Part shown: one piece after another, positions 38,128-47,907 of the stretch
Numbering within the stretch: the first letter of the stretch is position 1
Layout of the letters: the number at the start of each line of letters is the position of its first letter
Origin: Corallococcus sp. EGB
Lineage (GTDB): Bacteria; Myxococcota; Myxococcia; Myxococcales; Myxococcaceae
NCBI RefSeq assembly: GCF_019968905.1
Contig: NZ_CP079946.1
Span: 5,921,356-5,985,355, forward strand
Direction: 5' to 3'
Length of the DNA stretch: 64,000 nucleotides
Program-made: the position numbers and the translations under genes
The notes under the pieces: generated by a model
What the model was told of the DNA's origin: nothing
Databases searched by the model: none
The model's input: the letters and a program-made list of their open reading frames with translations, nothing else

Positions 38128-40401
38128 CTACTTCGCGGGCGCCGGAGCGGGCGCAGCGGCCGGAGCCGCCCCCGAGGGAGCAGGCGCGCCCGGCAGCTCG
38201 GACGGCACCAGCTTGGGGAGCAACATGCGGCAGGCGTCCTCGGACAGCCAGTGGTACGTGCACAGCCACTCCGTGACGGGCACGCGCACCTGCCAGCCCA
38301 GGATGAAGAGGATGAGCAGCGTGAGCCCGAGCCGGGCCCCGAACGACATGCGCTCGCCCTCGTCGTCCTCCTCCGTGTGGCGCAGCGCACCGCGCACCAG
38401 GTCCACGTGGTCCACGCGCGCGCCCTGGGGCAGCTTCGGCTTGCGGGTGATGAGCGTCGCCACGCCGCGCGTCAGCATCAGCCGGTCGTTGAGCGCCCAG
38501 CCGGAGCCCTCCAAGAGCAGCGCGAGGTTGCGCTGACGCAGCTTCAGCCAGCCCAGCAGGCCCGCGGGCGCCATCACCACGATGGCCAGGATGGTGGCCG
38601 CGGTGATGACGTCCACCAGCGTGAGTGACTTCACCTGCGTGAGGATGAACGCCAGCGAAGAACCGAGCGCCGCGAACGCGATGCCGCCCGCCGCGAGCAC
38701 GCCCGCGATGCCGCCTCCCGCCGCGGGCGCCGCACCCGCCGCGGCCGGAGCCGCCGGGGGTGGAGGCGCGGACACCGTCTGCTTGTAGCCGGACTCCAGC
38801 GACGCATCGAATTCCTTCTCACCCGACGCGGCCAGCCCCTCCACCTTGCTGGTGATGAACTTGCCGATGCGCATGAACGGCATGGTCATCGACTCCCAGA
38901 GCGACACGGGCTGGCGGACGACCTGCGTGACGATGGCGTCGCTCTCCTTGCCGTCCACGTCGTAGAACACGCCGCGCTTGCCCATGACGAGCTCCGTGCT
39001 GCGGCCCGCGGTGACGGGCACCGCCACCTCGTAGCTGTCCGCCGCCGCGTCCCGGGGCATCACCTTCACGTAGAGGATGCAGGTGGTCCCCTGCCCCGTC
39101 AGCGCCGCGTGCGCCGCGCGGTCCGTCACCAGCACGGACAGCGTGTACTTGCGCCCGCCCAGGATGAGCGTGCCCTTCTCCATCAGCGCCCGCCGCTTGG
39201 GCAGGTACAGGTTGGGCATGCTGATGAAGTTGTTGGCGAACAAGAGCAGCCAGCGCTGGTACAGCACCAGCCGCTCCAGCTCCGCGATGACGTCCAGCGT
39301 GGGCTTGAGCGCCAGGTCCTCGCGGCTCACCGCCTCCAGCGCGTCCAGGTCCTCCTCCGACACAGTCCCCAGCGTGTCCGCCACCGCGTGCAGGGGGCTC
39401 GCGTCGCGCTTCGCCTGCCAGCCGAGGATGGCCTCCGCCTTCGCGGACAGCTCGCGCCAGGCCGTGTCCGTCAGCTTCGTGCCGTCGCCCAACAGCGGCG
39501 TCGCCACCTCCTGGTGGAAGGCCTCCAGCTTCTCATAGGCGGCGCCGCGGTACAGCCGCGCCCACACCAGCACGCCGGCCGGATCCGGCGCCGCGATGGG
39601 CAGCTCGTTCGCGGCCTTCCCCATGGCGCCCAGGTCACCCAGCGCGCCCTCCACGCGGTCCGCGCGCAGGCGCAGGCTGGCGGCGGCCTCCGGCTGCGCG
39701 GCCACCAGGCGGCACTGCATGAAGTAGCCCTCCAAGAGCGGCGCCACGTCATGCACGCGCTTCGCCTGCTCCAGACTCGCCGTGCCCCAGGTGAAGACGG
39801 CATCCCGTCCACCGAGGTGCGCGAGCAGCGCCGTGCGCTCCTCGCGGAAGCGCTTCACCAGGCCCACATCCACGCCCGCCAGGCCCGCGCGGTTCGTCAC
39901 CTGCGGGAAGGCCGCGATGATGGACTGGGCCAGGGGCCGCAGCCGCTCCGGCAGCGTCACCGGCGCGATGATGCCGTCGCCATTCTTCCCCGCGTCGCGC
40001 AGCGCCTTGTCACTGGTGCGCAGCTGCTCCAGCGACAGGCGTGTCGTGTCCGGCGCGTTCAGCGTGCGCAGCACCAGCTCCGCCGCGCCCCTCAGGTTGG
40101 CCGCCGTGTCGGAGAGCGCCGACAGCTCCAGCACGTCGCTGCTCGCGTCCGCGCCCTTGCGGTCCTTCAACCGCGCCGCCGTCCAGTCCACCGCGGCGCG
40201 AAGCTCCTCCACGCGGATGCGGCGGTTGCCGTCCGCGTCCATCAGCGTGAGGAAGCGCGGATCACACGCGATGCCCTCCATGGGGCACGCGAGCGCCATC
40301 CACTGCGTCGCGGGGATCCTCACCGCCTCGGTGAGGGTGTTGAAGTCAGGGATGTCGACCTGGAGCGAGCCGCCGTAGCGGCGATAGACGAGCTGTGCCA
40401 T
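38128..40401 (-). CDS. large hypothetical membrane-associated protein (about 757 aa), with a soluble N-terminal about 560 aa and C-terminal TM helices and Ala/Pro-rich linkers
   Basis: Long clean ORF. The preferred start is MAQLVYRRYGG at 40401. C-terminal hydrophobic segments are GIAGVLAAGGIAFAALGSSLAFIL and LGLTLLILFILGW. No domain recognised. Confidence 0.6.
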   Translation of the reverse strand: MAQLVYRRYGGSLQVDIPDFNTLTEAVRIPATQWMALACPMEGIACDPRFLTLMDADGNRRIRVEELRAAVDWTAARLKDRKGADASSDVLELSALSDTAANLRGAAELVLRTLNAPDTTRLSLEQLRTSDKALRDAGKNGDGIIAPVTLPERLRPLAQSIIAAFPQVTNRAGLAGVDVGLVKRFREERTALLAHLGGRDAVFTWGTASLEQAKRVHDVAPLLEGYFMQCRLVAAQPEAAASLRLRADRVEGALGDLGAMGKAANELPIAAPDPAGVLVWARLYRGAAYEKLEAFHQEVATPLLGDGTKLTDTAWRELSAKAEAILGWQAKRDASPLHAVADTLGTVSEEDLDALEAVSREDLALKPTLDVIAELERLVLYQRWLLLFANNFISMPNLYLPKRRALMEKGTLILGGRKYTLSVLVTDRAAHAALTGQGTTCILYVKVMPRDAAADSYEVAVPVTAGRSTELVMGKRGVFYDVDGKESDAIVTQVVRQPVSLWESMTMPFMRIGKFITSKVEGLAASGEKEFDASLESGYKQTVSAPPPPAAPAAAGAAPAAGGGIAGVLAAGGIAFAALGSSLAFILTQVKSLTLVDVITAATILAIVVMAPAGLLGWLKLRQRNLALLLEGSGWALNDRLMLTRGVATLITRKPKLPQGARVDHVDLVRGALRHTEEDDEGERMSFGARLGLTLLILFILGWQVRVPVTEWLCTYHWLSEDACRMLLPKLVPSELPGAPAPSGAAPAAAPAPAPAK

Positions 40402-40575
40402 GCGGCTGGCGAAGACAGCACACCCCGTCCGACTGTGCACGCCTCAACATCCGCTACCCCCTGAGAAGCCGGCGGCCGCTGGATTGTGTGAGGCGGATGC
40501 CTGCACTAGGTTCGAGGGGCACATCCCGCGTGTTCGCGGCCGGTCTCGCCAGCCGGTCCCAACTCGGCGTTCGAA

Positions 40576-42168
40576 TTGTCCCTGCAGCCCCGTCTGGTGT
40601 GGTCCTCGCGCGAGAGCATCGCCGCGCAGTTGGTTGCCCTCCTGAAGGAAGCGCCCCAAGAGTCCGTCGACTTGAGGTTTCGCGGCCTCTCGTTGCTCGA
40701 CATCTTCGGGGGCGAGGAGCAGCTCCCCTTCCTCCGGGAGTTGATCTTCGCTCCGCTGGAGCCCTACCGCATCCGCGTCAACGCGCTGCGTGTGGCGGCG
40801 AGGTTCGGCCTGACGCTCTCCGGGCAGCAGTTCGTCCAGCTTTACGAAGGGCCCGTCCGTGAGGAGGCGCTGGCTCCGAGCCTGGACGAACTCTTCGACT
40901 ACGCGAGGCTCGAATCCTTCGATGACGTCATGAAGGAGGCACTGCTCCGCCTGTCTCCCAGGGAGCGGAGTCGCCTCCTGTGTTCCCCTCGTCGTGTCCC
41001 ACAGCCCCCAGCGCTGGACGCGTGGTTCTTCGAACACTGGTACCAGTCCGACCGTCACCTGCTGCTCGAGGAGTGCAACGTCACCGTGGCGTTCATCCAG
41101 CGTGGGCGCCCCGAGGCCTGGCGGCTGCTCTGTGAATGGAGCGAGGGGCTGAGCGATGCCCGGATGGAGCATCTGCTGGTGCGCCTGAAGGGCCGGAATC
41201 GCGAGGAGGTGGCACGGCTCGCGAACGGCTCCAAGTCCTTCCATGATTTTGCCGCGAGGCGACTCCTGCTCTCCCTCAATGCGCTTCTGGCACATTGGGG
41301 GGAGGAGGAGTTGCTGCGTCGTCTGGACCGTGTCGTGCAGGCGGAGAATGTCGCATGCACCGTGCCGCATCAGCTCGTGGCGCACCCCACGTTCTTCGCT
41401 CGTGCCGTGGAGCTGCTGGGAGAATGGGAGGTTGCCCGGCGCCGCGTGTTGTACCGGCGCATCTGTGACTTCGACATGGCGGCGGGCGTCCGGCTCCATT
41501 TGTACGAGCAGCTTCGAGAGAAAGATCCCGCCGCCGCCGCGCGTTGGGGGCTCGCCGCGTGGCGCCACCCCGGCAATGCGGACCTCCTGCGTCAAATCCT
41601 CGAGGGCGTCATCGCCCGCGCTCCAGTGACCGAGGACCGTCCCGTGCTCCTGGCGGCGCTCCGCGAGCCGGATGAGGCGGTGCAGCTTCCGGCGCTGTCC
41701 GCGCTGCTCTCGCTCGGCGAAAGCGGACCCGGATGGATGGATCGACTCCATTCCCTGTCGCACGCCGAGAGTCCCCGTGTCCGCGTCCTCGCGCTCGCAG
41801 GGCTCGTTCAGCAAGGTCAACGGGAAGGGCTGGAGTCACTTCGGCGGATGGCCATTGCCGAGCCCGATAAGCGTGTTCGGAGTGCGGCCCTTGGGTGGCT
41901 CGGCGTGTTGGATTCCGAGGACAGCCGACCCTTGTTCGTGAACGCGCTCGCCCAGGCCGACCGTGACGCGTTCAATGCGCTCTCCCGGAGAGGAGAGGAC
42001 GAAGACCTCTCCCTCTTGCTGGAGGTGCGCCTGAATGGAAGCTTCTCCCAGGGCGTCGACAACCACTTCCGGCACCATCTGGCCCGTAGGGAAGGCAGGC
42101 CCGTGGCCGATGGGCCTCCGCGCGACACCTCCGATGGCTGGTGCGAGGCGTGCCTGATGTACGAGTAG
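40576..42168 (+). CDS. HEAT-repeat (PBS-lyase-like) protein, function unknown
   Basis: Repeated ...LAALREPDEAVQLPALSALLSLGE...SPRVRVLALAGLVQ...DKRVRSAALGWLG... are HEAT/PBS-lyase repeats. The start is uncertain (TTG at 40576 or downstream). Third-codon positions are noticeably less GC-rich than in neighbouring genes. Confidence 0.6.
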   Translation: MSLQPRLVWSSRESIAAQLVALLKEAPQESVDLRFRGLSLLDIFGGEEQLPFLRELIFAPLEPYRIRVNALRVAARFGLTLSGQQFVQLYEGPVREEALAPSLDELFDYARLESFDDVMKEALLRLSPRERSRLLCSPRRVPQPPALDAWFFEHWYQSDRHLLLEECNVTVAFIQRGRPEAWRLLCEWSEGLSDARMEHLLVRLKGRNREEVARLANGSKSFHDFAARRLLLSLNALLAHWGEEELLRRLDRVVQAENVACTVPHQLVAHPTFFARAVELLGEWEVARRRVLYRRICDFDMAAGVRLHLYEQLREKDPAAAARWGLAAWRHPGNADLLRQILEGVIARAPVTEDRPVLLAALREPDEAVQLPALSALLSLGESGPGWMDRLHSLSHAESPRVRVLALAGLVQQGQREGLESLRRMAIAEPDKRVRSAALGWLGVLDSEDSRPLFVNALAQADRDAFNALSRRGEDEDLSLLLEVRLNGSFSQGVDNHFRHHLARREGRPVADGPPRDTSDGWCEACLMYE

Positions 42169-42211
42169 GAGGGAGGAGGGCTTCAAGGCCCTCCCTCCCC
42201 TGGCTCACCCG

Positions 42212-43831
42212 CTACTGCGGAGTGGCGACGGCGCTGTAGACGCCGGGGTTCTGCCCCTGGCCGATGATGTAGACGGCCCGCCCGTCATCCGGGCCCGCGA
42301 AGAGCACGGGCACCTGCACGCCCTGGTCGAGCGTCTTCCGAGCCCCCGACTTCACGTCGTACACGGCCACGTCGTAGGTGTCCGAGTCCATGCGCGCGTA
42401 CGTCGCGAGCATTCGCGAGCCATCCTCGGAGAACTTGTAGCTGAAGATGCCCTGCAGCCACGTCTTCGCCTCGGCCTGCTTCTCGTTCAGCTCCACGGCC
42501 TTGAAGTCGCACGCGCGGCCGTTGCGGATGCAGTTGGTGCGGAACACCACCGCGCTGTTGTTCGGCGTGAAGCCGTAGCCGAACACCCCCGGCTGCACCT
42601 TCTCCGCCTTCTCCTGGCCCAGCGCGTACAGCATCAGGTCCACGGAGAACACCGGCTTCAGGAAGCGCGACAGGAACGCCACGTAGCGGCTGTCCGAGCC
42701 CCAGACGAAGTTGGGCACCCGGTCCCCCACCCGCTTCGGCGCGCCGTCCGGCAGCGACGCGACGCCCATCGAGCCCGCGCGCGACGGCTGATCATACTTC
42801 TCCAGGAAGCCCACCGCCTTGGAGTCCGGCGCGAACGCCAGCTCCTCCACCGCCTCGCCCAGCTTGCGCCCCGCGCCGCCGGACGCCGGGCCCACGTACA
42901 GGTCGCCCAGTTGCTCGGGCTTGCCGTTCTCCGTGCGCGCCAGCCACTGCCCGTCCGGCGAGAAGGCGAACGTCTTCGTGCCCGTGGCCAGCTTCTGGCC
43001 CTTCAGCGCGGGCACCTCCGCGAGGTACAGGTCATACATCCCGCGCACGGCCTCGCTGCGCACCTGGTAGGCCACGTGCTTGCCGTCCGAGGACACCTGG
43101 TAGTCGCCCACCTGATCCGCCAGCTTGCGCGGCGGCTCGTGGGCGCCCACCGTCACCGCCGCCAGCCCGCCCGCGGCCGACAGCTTGCGCTTGAAGAGGA
43201 GCGTCTTGCCGTCCGGGGTGAACTGCGCGGTGCTCACCTCACCCGCCACGTCCCGGAACGGCCCTTGCGGCAGCGGGCCCAGCTTCAGCGTGCCCGCGTC
43301 CACGAAGGCCACGTTCACGCCGTCCGGAGACGGCAGGAAGTAGCTCACCGCCGTGCCCAGCTTCACCGGCTCCGCGGCCGCGTCCGCGAGGGCCAGCACG
43401 TTCAGCTCGCCGGACTGCGAGGCCGGGTTGTAGCCCGTCACGTACAGCAGGTGCTTCGAGTCATGGGAGAACAGCAGGCTGCCCGGCACGTTCGTCACGC
43501 CGTCGCCCAGCGCGCGCGCCTTCCCGCCCGCCACCGGGACGATGTTCAGCGAGCCCACCAGCATCTGCGGCGGGATGCCGTCCAGCCGGGGCTTCTGCCC
43601 GTTGAGCAGGAACGTGGCGAACTGCCCGTCCGGCGACAGGCGCAGATCCGCCGCGCGCCCCTGCGCGAGCAATTGCCCCTGCCCGCCCACCACCGCGGTG
43701 CCCTTCGCCGCGCTGCGGACCGTGTCTCCCTGCGCGGCGCTGCGCTGCGAGGGCGCGCCGGCCTCATCGCCCTTCTTGCACCCCGACACCGCCAGCAGGG
43801 CCACCAGGCCCACCATCCCGGTTCGCTTCAT
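42212..43831 (-). CDS. lipoprotein with a TolB/WD40-like beta-propeller domain
   Basis: Lipobox in [20 protein letters not shown]. The repetitive SPDG/TPDG...V.F motifs ([48 protein letters not shown]) are characteristic of TolB-like propellers. Confidence 0.7.
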   Translation of the reverse strand: MKRTGMVGLVALLAVSGCKKGDEAGAPSQRSAAQGDTVRSAAKGTAVVGGQGQLLAQGRAADLRLSPDGQFATFLLNGQKPRLDGIPPQMLVGSLNIVPVAGGKARALGDGVTNVPGSLLFSHDSKHLLYVTGYNPASQSGELNVLALADAAAEPVKLGTAVSYFLPSPDGVNVAFVDAGTLKLGPLPQGPFRDVAGEVSTAQFTPDGKTLLFKRKLSAAGGLAAVTVGAHEPPRKLADQVGDYQVSSDGKHVAYQVRSEAVRGMYDLYLAEVPALKGQKLATGTKTFAFSPDGQWLARTENGKPEQLGDLYVGPASGGAGRKLGEAVEELAFAPDSKAVGFLEKYDQPSRAGSMGVASLPDGAPKRVGDRVPNFVWGSDSRYVAFLSRFLKPVFSVDLMLYALGQEKAEKVQPGVFGYGFTPNNSAVVFRTNCIRNGRACDFKAVELNEKQAEAKTWLQGIFSYKFSEDGSRMLATYARMDSDTYDVAVYDVKSGARKTLDQGVQVPVLFAGPDDGRAVYIIGQGQNPGVYSAVATPQ

Positions 43832-45192
43832 GCGCTCGTCTGTCCTTCCGTGTGGGCGACAACGCCCGCGAGTGGCAGCCAGGCCGCCAGATCCTGCTTC
43901 GCCCGCGCCGAGTAGGCCGCGCGCTTGTCCGCCTTCTTCATCCGCCCGCTCAAGGGCGGGAACAGGCCATAGATGACGTTGGTGGGCTGGTGCGGATGAT
44001 CCGGCGGGTGCGCTTCCCCGGTCAGGTGCCGGTACAGCGAGCCCAGGGCCGTCGTCGCGGGAGGCGGCACGAACGGCGTGCCCGTCAGCCGCGCATGCAC
44101 CGCCAGCGCCACCATGTAGCCGCACGCCGCGCTCTCCACGTAGCCCTCCACGCCCGTCACCTGCCCCGCGAAGAACACCCGCCGCTCCGACTTCAACGAC
44201 AGGTCCTCCGCCAGCAGGCGGGGCGAGTCGATGAACGTGTTGCGGTGGATCTGCCCCATCCGCAGGAACTCCGCATTCTGGAGACCCGGGATGCACGTGC
44301 TGAAGATGCGCTTCTGTTCACCCCACGTCAGACGCGTCTGGAAGCCCACCATGTTCCACGCCGTGCCCGCCCGGTCCTCCATGCGCAGCTGCACCACCGC
44401 GTACGGGTCCGTCCCCGTGCGTGGGTCCTTCAACCCCACGGGCTTCATGGGCCCGTAGGCCAGCGTGTCGTCTCCGCGCTCGGCCATCACTTCGATGGGC
44501 AGACACCCTTCGAAGTACTTCGGTTCCTCGAAGCTGTGCGGCACCACCTTCTGGCCCGCCTTCACCTCGTGGATGAAGCGGTAGTACTCGTCCTTCGACA
44601 TGGGCAGGTTGAGGTAGTCGTCCCCGCCGCCCTTGCCGTAGCGGCTCTGGCGGAAGGCGATGTCCATGTCGATGGAGTCCCCGGACAGGATGGGCGCGAT
44701 GGAGTCGTAGAAGTAGAGCTTCGTGCCCACGTGGCGCTCCAGGTCCGCCGTGAGCGCCTCCGACGTCAGCGGCCCCGTGGCCACCACCACCACTCCGTCC
44801 TCCGGCAGCTTCTCCACCTCGCCGCCCACCACCTCCACGCCCACGCCGGACACCAGCCGGGTGGTGATTGCGCGCGAGAAGCCCTCGCGCTCCACCGCCA
44901 GCGCGTCGCCCGCGGGCACGCGGTGCTGATCCGCGCTCGCGAGCACCAGCGACCCCAGCGCGCGCAGCTCCGCGTGCAGGAGCCCGATGGCGCTCTCCGG
45001 GTTGTCGGAGCGCAGCGAGTTGCTGCACACCAGCTCCGCGAGCGAGTCCGACTTGTGCGCGGGAGAGCGCTTGTGCGGCTTCATCTCCCGCAGCACCACC
45101 GGCACGCCGCGCCGCGCCAACTGATACGCGCACTCCGTCCCCGCCAGGCCGCCGCCAATCACCGTCACCCGCTGCTGCTTCACGTCCGACAT
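43828..45192 (-). CDS. trmFO: methylenetetrahydrofolate--tRNA-(uracil54-C5)-methyltransferase TrmFO
   Basis: [29 protein letters not shown] (FAD Rossmann)...[16 protein letters not shown]... It shares an ATGA overlap with the downstream lipoprotein gene. Confidence 0.88.
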   Translation of the reverse strand: MSDVKQQRVTVIGGGLAGTECAYQLARRGVPVVLREMKPHKRSPAHKSDSLAELVCSNSLRSDNPESAIGLLHAELRALGSLVLASADQHRVPAGDALAVEREGFSRAITTRLVSGVGVEVVGGEVEKLPEDGVVVVATGPLTSEALTADLERHVGTKLYFYDSIAPILSGDSIDMDIAFRQSRYGKGGGDDYLNLPMSKDEYYRFIHEVKAGQKVVPHSFEEPKYFEGCLPIEVMAERGDDTLAYGPMKPVGLKDPRTGTDPYAVVQLRMEDRAGTAWNMVGFQTRLTWGEQKRIFSTCIPGLQNAEFLRMGQIHRNTFIDSPRLLAEDLSLKSERRVFFAGQVTGVEGYVESAACGYMVALAVHARLTGTPFVPPPATTALGSLYRHLTGEAHPPDHPHQPTNVIYGLFPPLSGRMKKADKRAAYSARAKQDLAAWLPLAGVVAHTEGQTSA

Positions 45193-45422
45193 GCATGCCT
45201 CCGGGCACCCCGCACCGGGCGCCCCAAAGGGCCCTGTAGCAGAGAGGCCCCGTCCTTTCACGTCCGCCCGGCTGCCCTACGTCCCACCATGCGTGCGGAA
45301 TGGGAGGCGAGGTTTCCCCACCTGGGATCCAACCCTAGGTTTCTCGCGGTCTTCGCTCGGAACGGGAAGCGTCCGAGCGAGCGCCCTTCAACCGCGATTC
45401 TGGGATGGGAGTGACGGAAGCC

Positions 45423-45815
45423 ATGAGCCGAGCCGACGAATTGCTGAAGATCCGCGACCTGCTGCAGGAGCGTCGCAGGAACACCGAGGCCGCCCAGGCG
45501 GGCGCCCGGCGCGAGCTGGCCGCCCTGAAGGATCAGGAGCGGGATCCCGAGTACGAAGAGCAGGCGCAGGCGGAGCTGGCGGACTACACGCTGTCCACGC
45601 TGATCGAAGCACAGCGCCGGGAGATCATGCTCATCGACGCCGCACTCAGCCGCATGGACAACGACGTGTTCGGAGAGTGCGTGGACTGCGGCAATGAAAT
45701 CTCCCTGGACCGGCTGGAGGCCATGCCCTTCGCCATCCGCTGCGAGGAGGACGCCGCCATCCACGAGCAGGAGACGCGGGAGGCCGCGCGCCACGCGGGC
45801 AGCCTGTCCCTCTAG
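45423..45815 (+). CDS. DksA/TraR-family C4 zinc-finger regulator
   Basis: ...GECVDCGNEISLDRLEAMPFAIRCEEDA is the C4 zinc finger, preceded by a coiled-coil region. Confidence 0.75.
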   Translation: MSRADELLKIRDLLQERRRNTEAAQAGARRELAALKDQERDPEYEEQAQAELADYTLSTLIEAQRREIMLIDAALSRMDNDVFGECVDCGNEISLDRLEAMPFAIRCEEDAAIHEQETREAARHAGSLSL

Positions 45816-45877
45816 CGAAGGCGTCCTGGCGCTCCCCCGTGCGTCCATCCCGCGCGGGGGAGTCGTGCATCCGGCCG

Positions 45878-46453
45878 CTACTCCGAGTCGCGCTGGAGCA
45901 CGATGAAGCGGTAGTTCTGAAGCTCGTTCTCGCCCGCCGTGTAGAGCACCGTGAGCAGCAGGTCGTACGGGACCATCTTGTCCGCGATGACCGACAGCTC
46001 GTGGGTGAACGGCGCCGCCGGGTTGCGCTCCGCGATGTACTTGAGCTTCGTCACTTCCTTCCGCAGCTGATCATTCAGCCCCAGCACCAGGCGGCCCTGG
46101 AGCTGGTTCTCCGGGATGCGCCCGTCCTTCAGCCGCACCACCTCTCTGTCCCCCACCAGGATGTTCTTGGGGGTGATGGTGATGGCCACCGTGTCCTTGG
46201 GCGTGGCGCGCGTGGACGACACCGGCGGCCGGACGTCCTCCGACGCGGTGATGACCGCGGAGGACGACGCGAAGGACTTCAGGAGGAACACCAGGATGAT
46301 GGTCATCATGTCCATCATCGCGGTGATGTTGAGCTCCTTCACCTCGCTGGCGGCCTCGCGCTCCTTGCGCTTCTTGCGCGCCAGCGCCCGGCGGTAGCGC
46401 ATGCGCGCGAGCTGCTCGGCTTCTTCGGCGGACAGGGGCGCGGGTTCGGACAT
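45878..46453 (-). CDS. ExbD/TolR-family biopolymer transport protein (second copy)
   Basis: ELNITAMMDMMTIILVFLL has a TM segment containing the conserved Asp. 191 aa. Confidence 0.8.
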   Translation of the reverse strand: MSEPAPLSAEEAEQLARMRYRRALARKKRKEREAASEVKELNITAMMDMMTIILVFLLKSFASSSAVITASEDVRPPVSSTRATPKDTVAITITPKNILVGDREVVRLKDGRIPENQLQGRLVLGLNDQLRKEVTKLKYIAERNPAAPFTHELSVIADKMVPYDLLLTVLYTAGENELQNYRFIVLQRDSE

Positions 46454-46455
46454 GG

Positions 46456-46980
46456 CTAGAGGACGCCCAGGGTGACGTCGGGGAAGAGCAGCTTGCGCTC
46501 GGCGGCGGTGCCCGGCGTCTCACGCAGGGCGTCCATCGTCTGGATCAGCGCCTCGTAGGGGATGTCCGGATCCGCCGCGACGATGACCTTCGTCTCCTGC
46601 GGGAAGGCCGCCTTGAGCTTCACCATCTGCGCGTTCAGCGCGGCGAAGTCCTGCGTGCCATCCGCGCGCAGGGGCACCGTGGGCGCCCCACCCTCCGTGG
46701 CCGGAATCTCCGGGCTGTCGCCCCGGACGATGAGCCCCTGGTGGGAGATCAGCACGGACAGGTTCAGCTTGGGCCCCTCCGCGTCCCCGCCCGCGCCCGC
46801 CGTGGCGCCGTAGCTGGGCGCGTTCACGTTGAGCGCGCCAAAGGCGGTGAGGCCGGTGATGGACAGCAGCATGAAGATGATGAGGTTCATGAGGATGTCG
46901 AGGTACGGGACGATGTTCAGCTCGCCCGCCTCCTCCTCTTCCCTCGGCTTCAGCTTCCGGCGCGAGTAGTGGAACGCCAT
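46456..46980 (-). CDS. ExbD/TolR-family biopolymer transport protein (first copy)
   Basis: ELNIVPYLDILMNLIIFML has the conserved TM Asp. 174 aa. Confidence 0.8.
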   Translation of the reverse strand: MAFHYSRRKLKPREEEEAGELNIVPYLDILMNLIIFMLLSITGLTAFGALNVNAPSYGATAGAGGDAEGPKLNLSVLISHQGLIVRGDSPEIPATEGGAPTVPLRADGTQDFAALNAQMVKLKAAFPQETKVIVAADPDIPYEALIQTMDALRETPGTAAERKLLFPDVTLGVL

Positions 46981-46990
46981 GGCGGGGCCA

Positions 46991-47746
46991 CTACGACGCG
47001 GCGCGGACGTCCGAGTCCGCGGGGACGACTTCCAGCGAGCCCCGGCGCGACAGCAGGTTCTCCAGCTTCAGCGCGTTGAGCTCCACCAGCTCCACCATGT
47101 TCTTGGCGTAGTTGCTGAAGAACAGGTGCGACACGATGCAGAGCACCGCGATGGAGAGGCCGAAGCCCGTGTTGTACATGGCCTCCGAGATGCCGTTGGA
47201 GAGCAGCGCCTGCTTCTGCTCCGCCGGCACGTTGCCCAGCGCGCGGAAGGTGCCGATGAGGCCCACGATGGTGCCGACCAGGCCCACCAGCGTCGCGATG
47301 TTCGCGAGCGACCACAGCCACTGCACCCGGCGAGAGACGTGCGGCGTGTACTCCGCCAGCGCCTCCTCCACCGCCTTGGCGACCTCCAGCTCACCGCGGT
47401 TCGCGTTGATGAGCCCCGCGCGGATGACGCGGGCCAGCGGCGAGCGCGGCGCCATGCCGCAGAACTTCACCGCGCGGTCCAGGTTGCCGCTGCGCACCAT
47501 CTTGTGGACCTGCTCGATGAACGCCGTCGCGTTGAGGCGGTAGCGGTAGAGCAGCGTCACCGCGCGCTCGCCAATGACCGTGAGCGACGCGGCCAGCCAG
47601 AACAGGTTCACGTACATGAACGGGCCGCCGGCCTTGAACGCGCCGACGATGAAGTCCCCCAGGCCTCCCGAGGAGGCATGGCCCGCCGCCGCGGGGGCGG
47701 CCTCGGCCACCACCACGCGCAGCAACTCACTGACAGAGGGAATCAT
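46991..47746 (-). CDS. MotA/TolQ/ExbB proton-channel protein
   Basis: ...IATLVGLVGTIVGLIGTFRALG...ISEAMYNTGFGLSIAV is the MotA_ExbB signature. The start MIPSVSELL is at 47746. Confidence 0.85.
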   Translation of the reverse strand: MIPSVSELLRVVVAEAAPAAAGHASSGGLGDFIVGAFKAGGPFMYVNLFWLAASLTVIGERAVTLLYRYRLNATAFIEQVHKMVRSGNLDRAVKFCGMAPRSPLARVIRAGLINANRGELEVAKAVEEALAEYTPHVSRRVQWLWSLANIATLVGLVGTIVGLIGTFRALGNVPAEQKQALLSNGISEAMYNTGFGLSIAVLCIVSHLFFSNYAKNMVELVELNALKLENLLSRRGSLEVVPADSDVRAAS

Positions 47747-47907
47747 CGCGGATCGCGTCCTTTCGCTGCCCCCGCACGCACCCCGGCCGCGAAACGGACT
47801 GGAGGCATGCGGAGGGCCGGGAGCAATCCGGACTTCTAGGACTTCGCCCGCGAAGGTGTCAAGCCAGGGGGCGCGGCCTACCCCCCTGGAATGACTGGGC
47901 TTTCCGC

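Noticed and set aside
40444-41820. 458-aa minus-strand ORF overlapping the HEAT-repeat gene
   Set aside because: Q/R/H/G-rich with no repeat structure. The plus-strand frame shows regular HEAT/PBS-lyase repeats, so it is preferred, although that gene's codon usage is atypical
45262-45422. Intergenic region between trmFO and the DksA-like gene, checked for tRNA-like sequence
   Set aside because: No conserved tRNA features (GTTC-type T-loop in context, acceptor stem pairing) were recognisable
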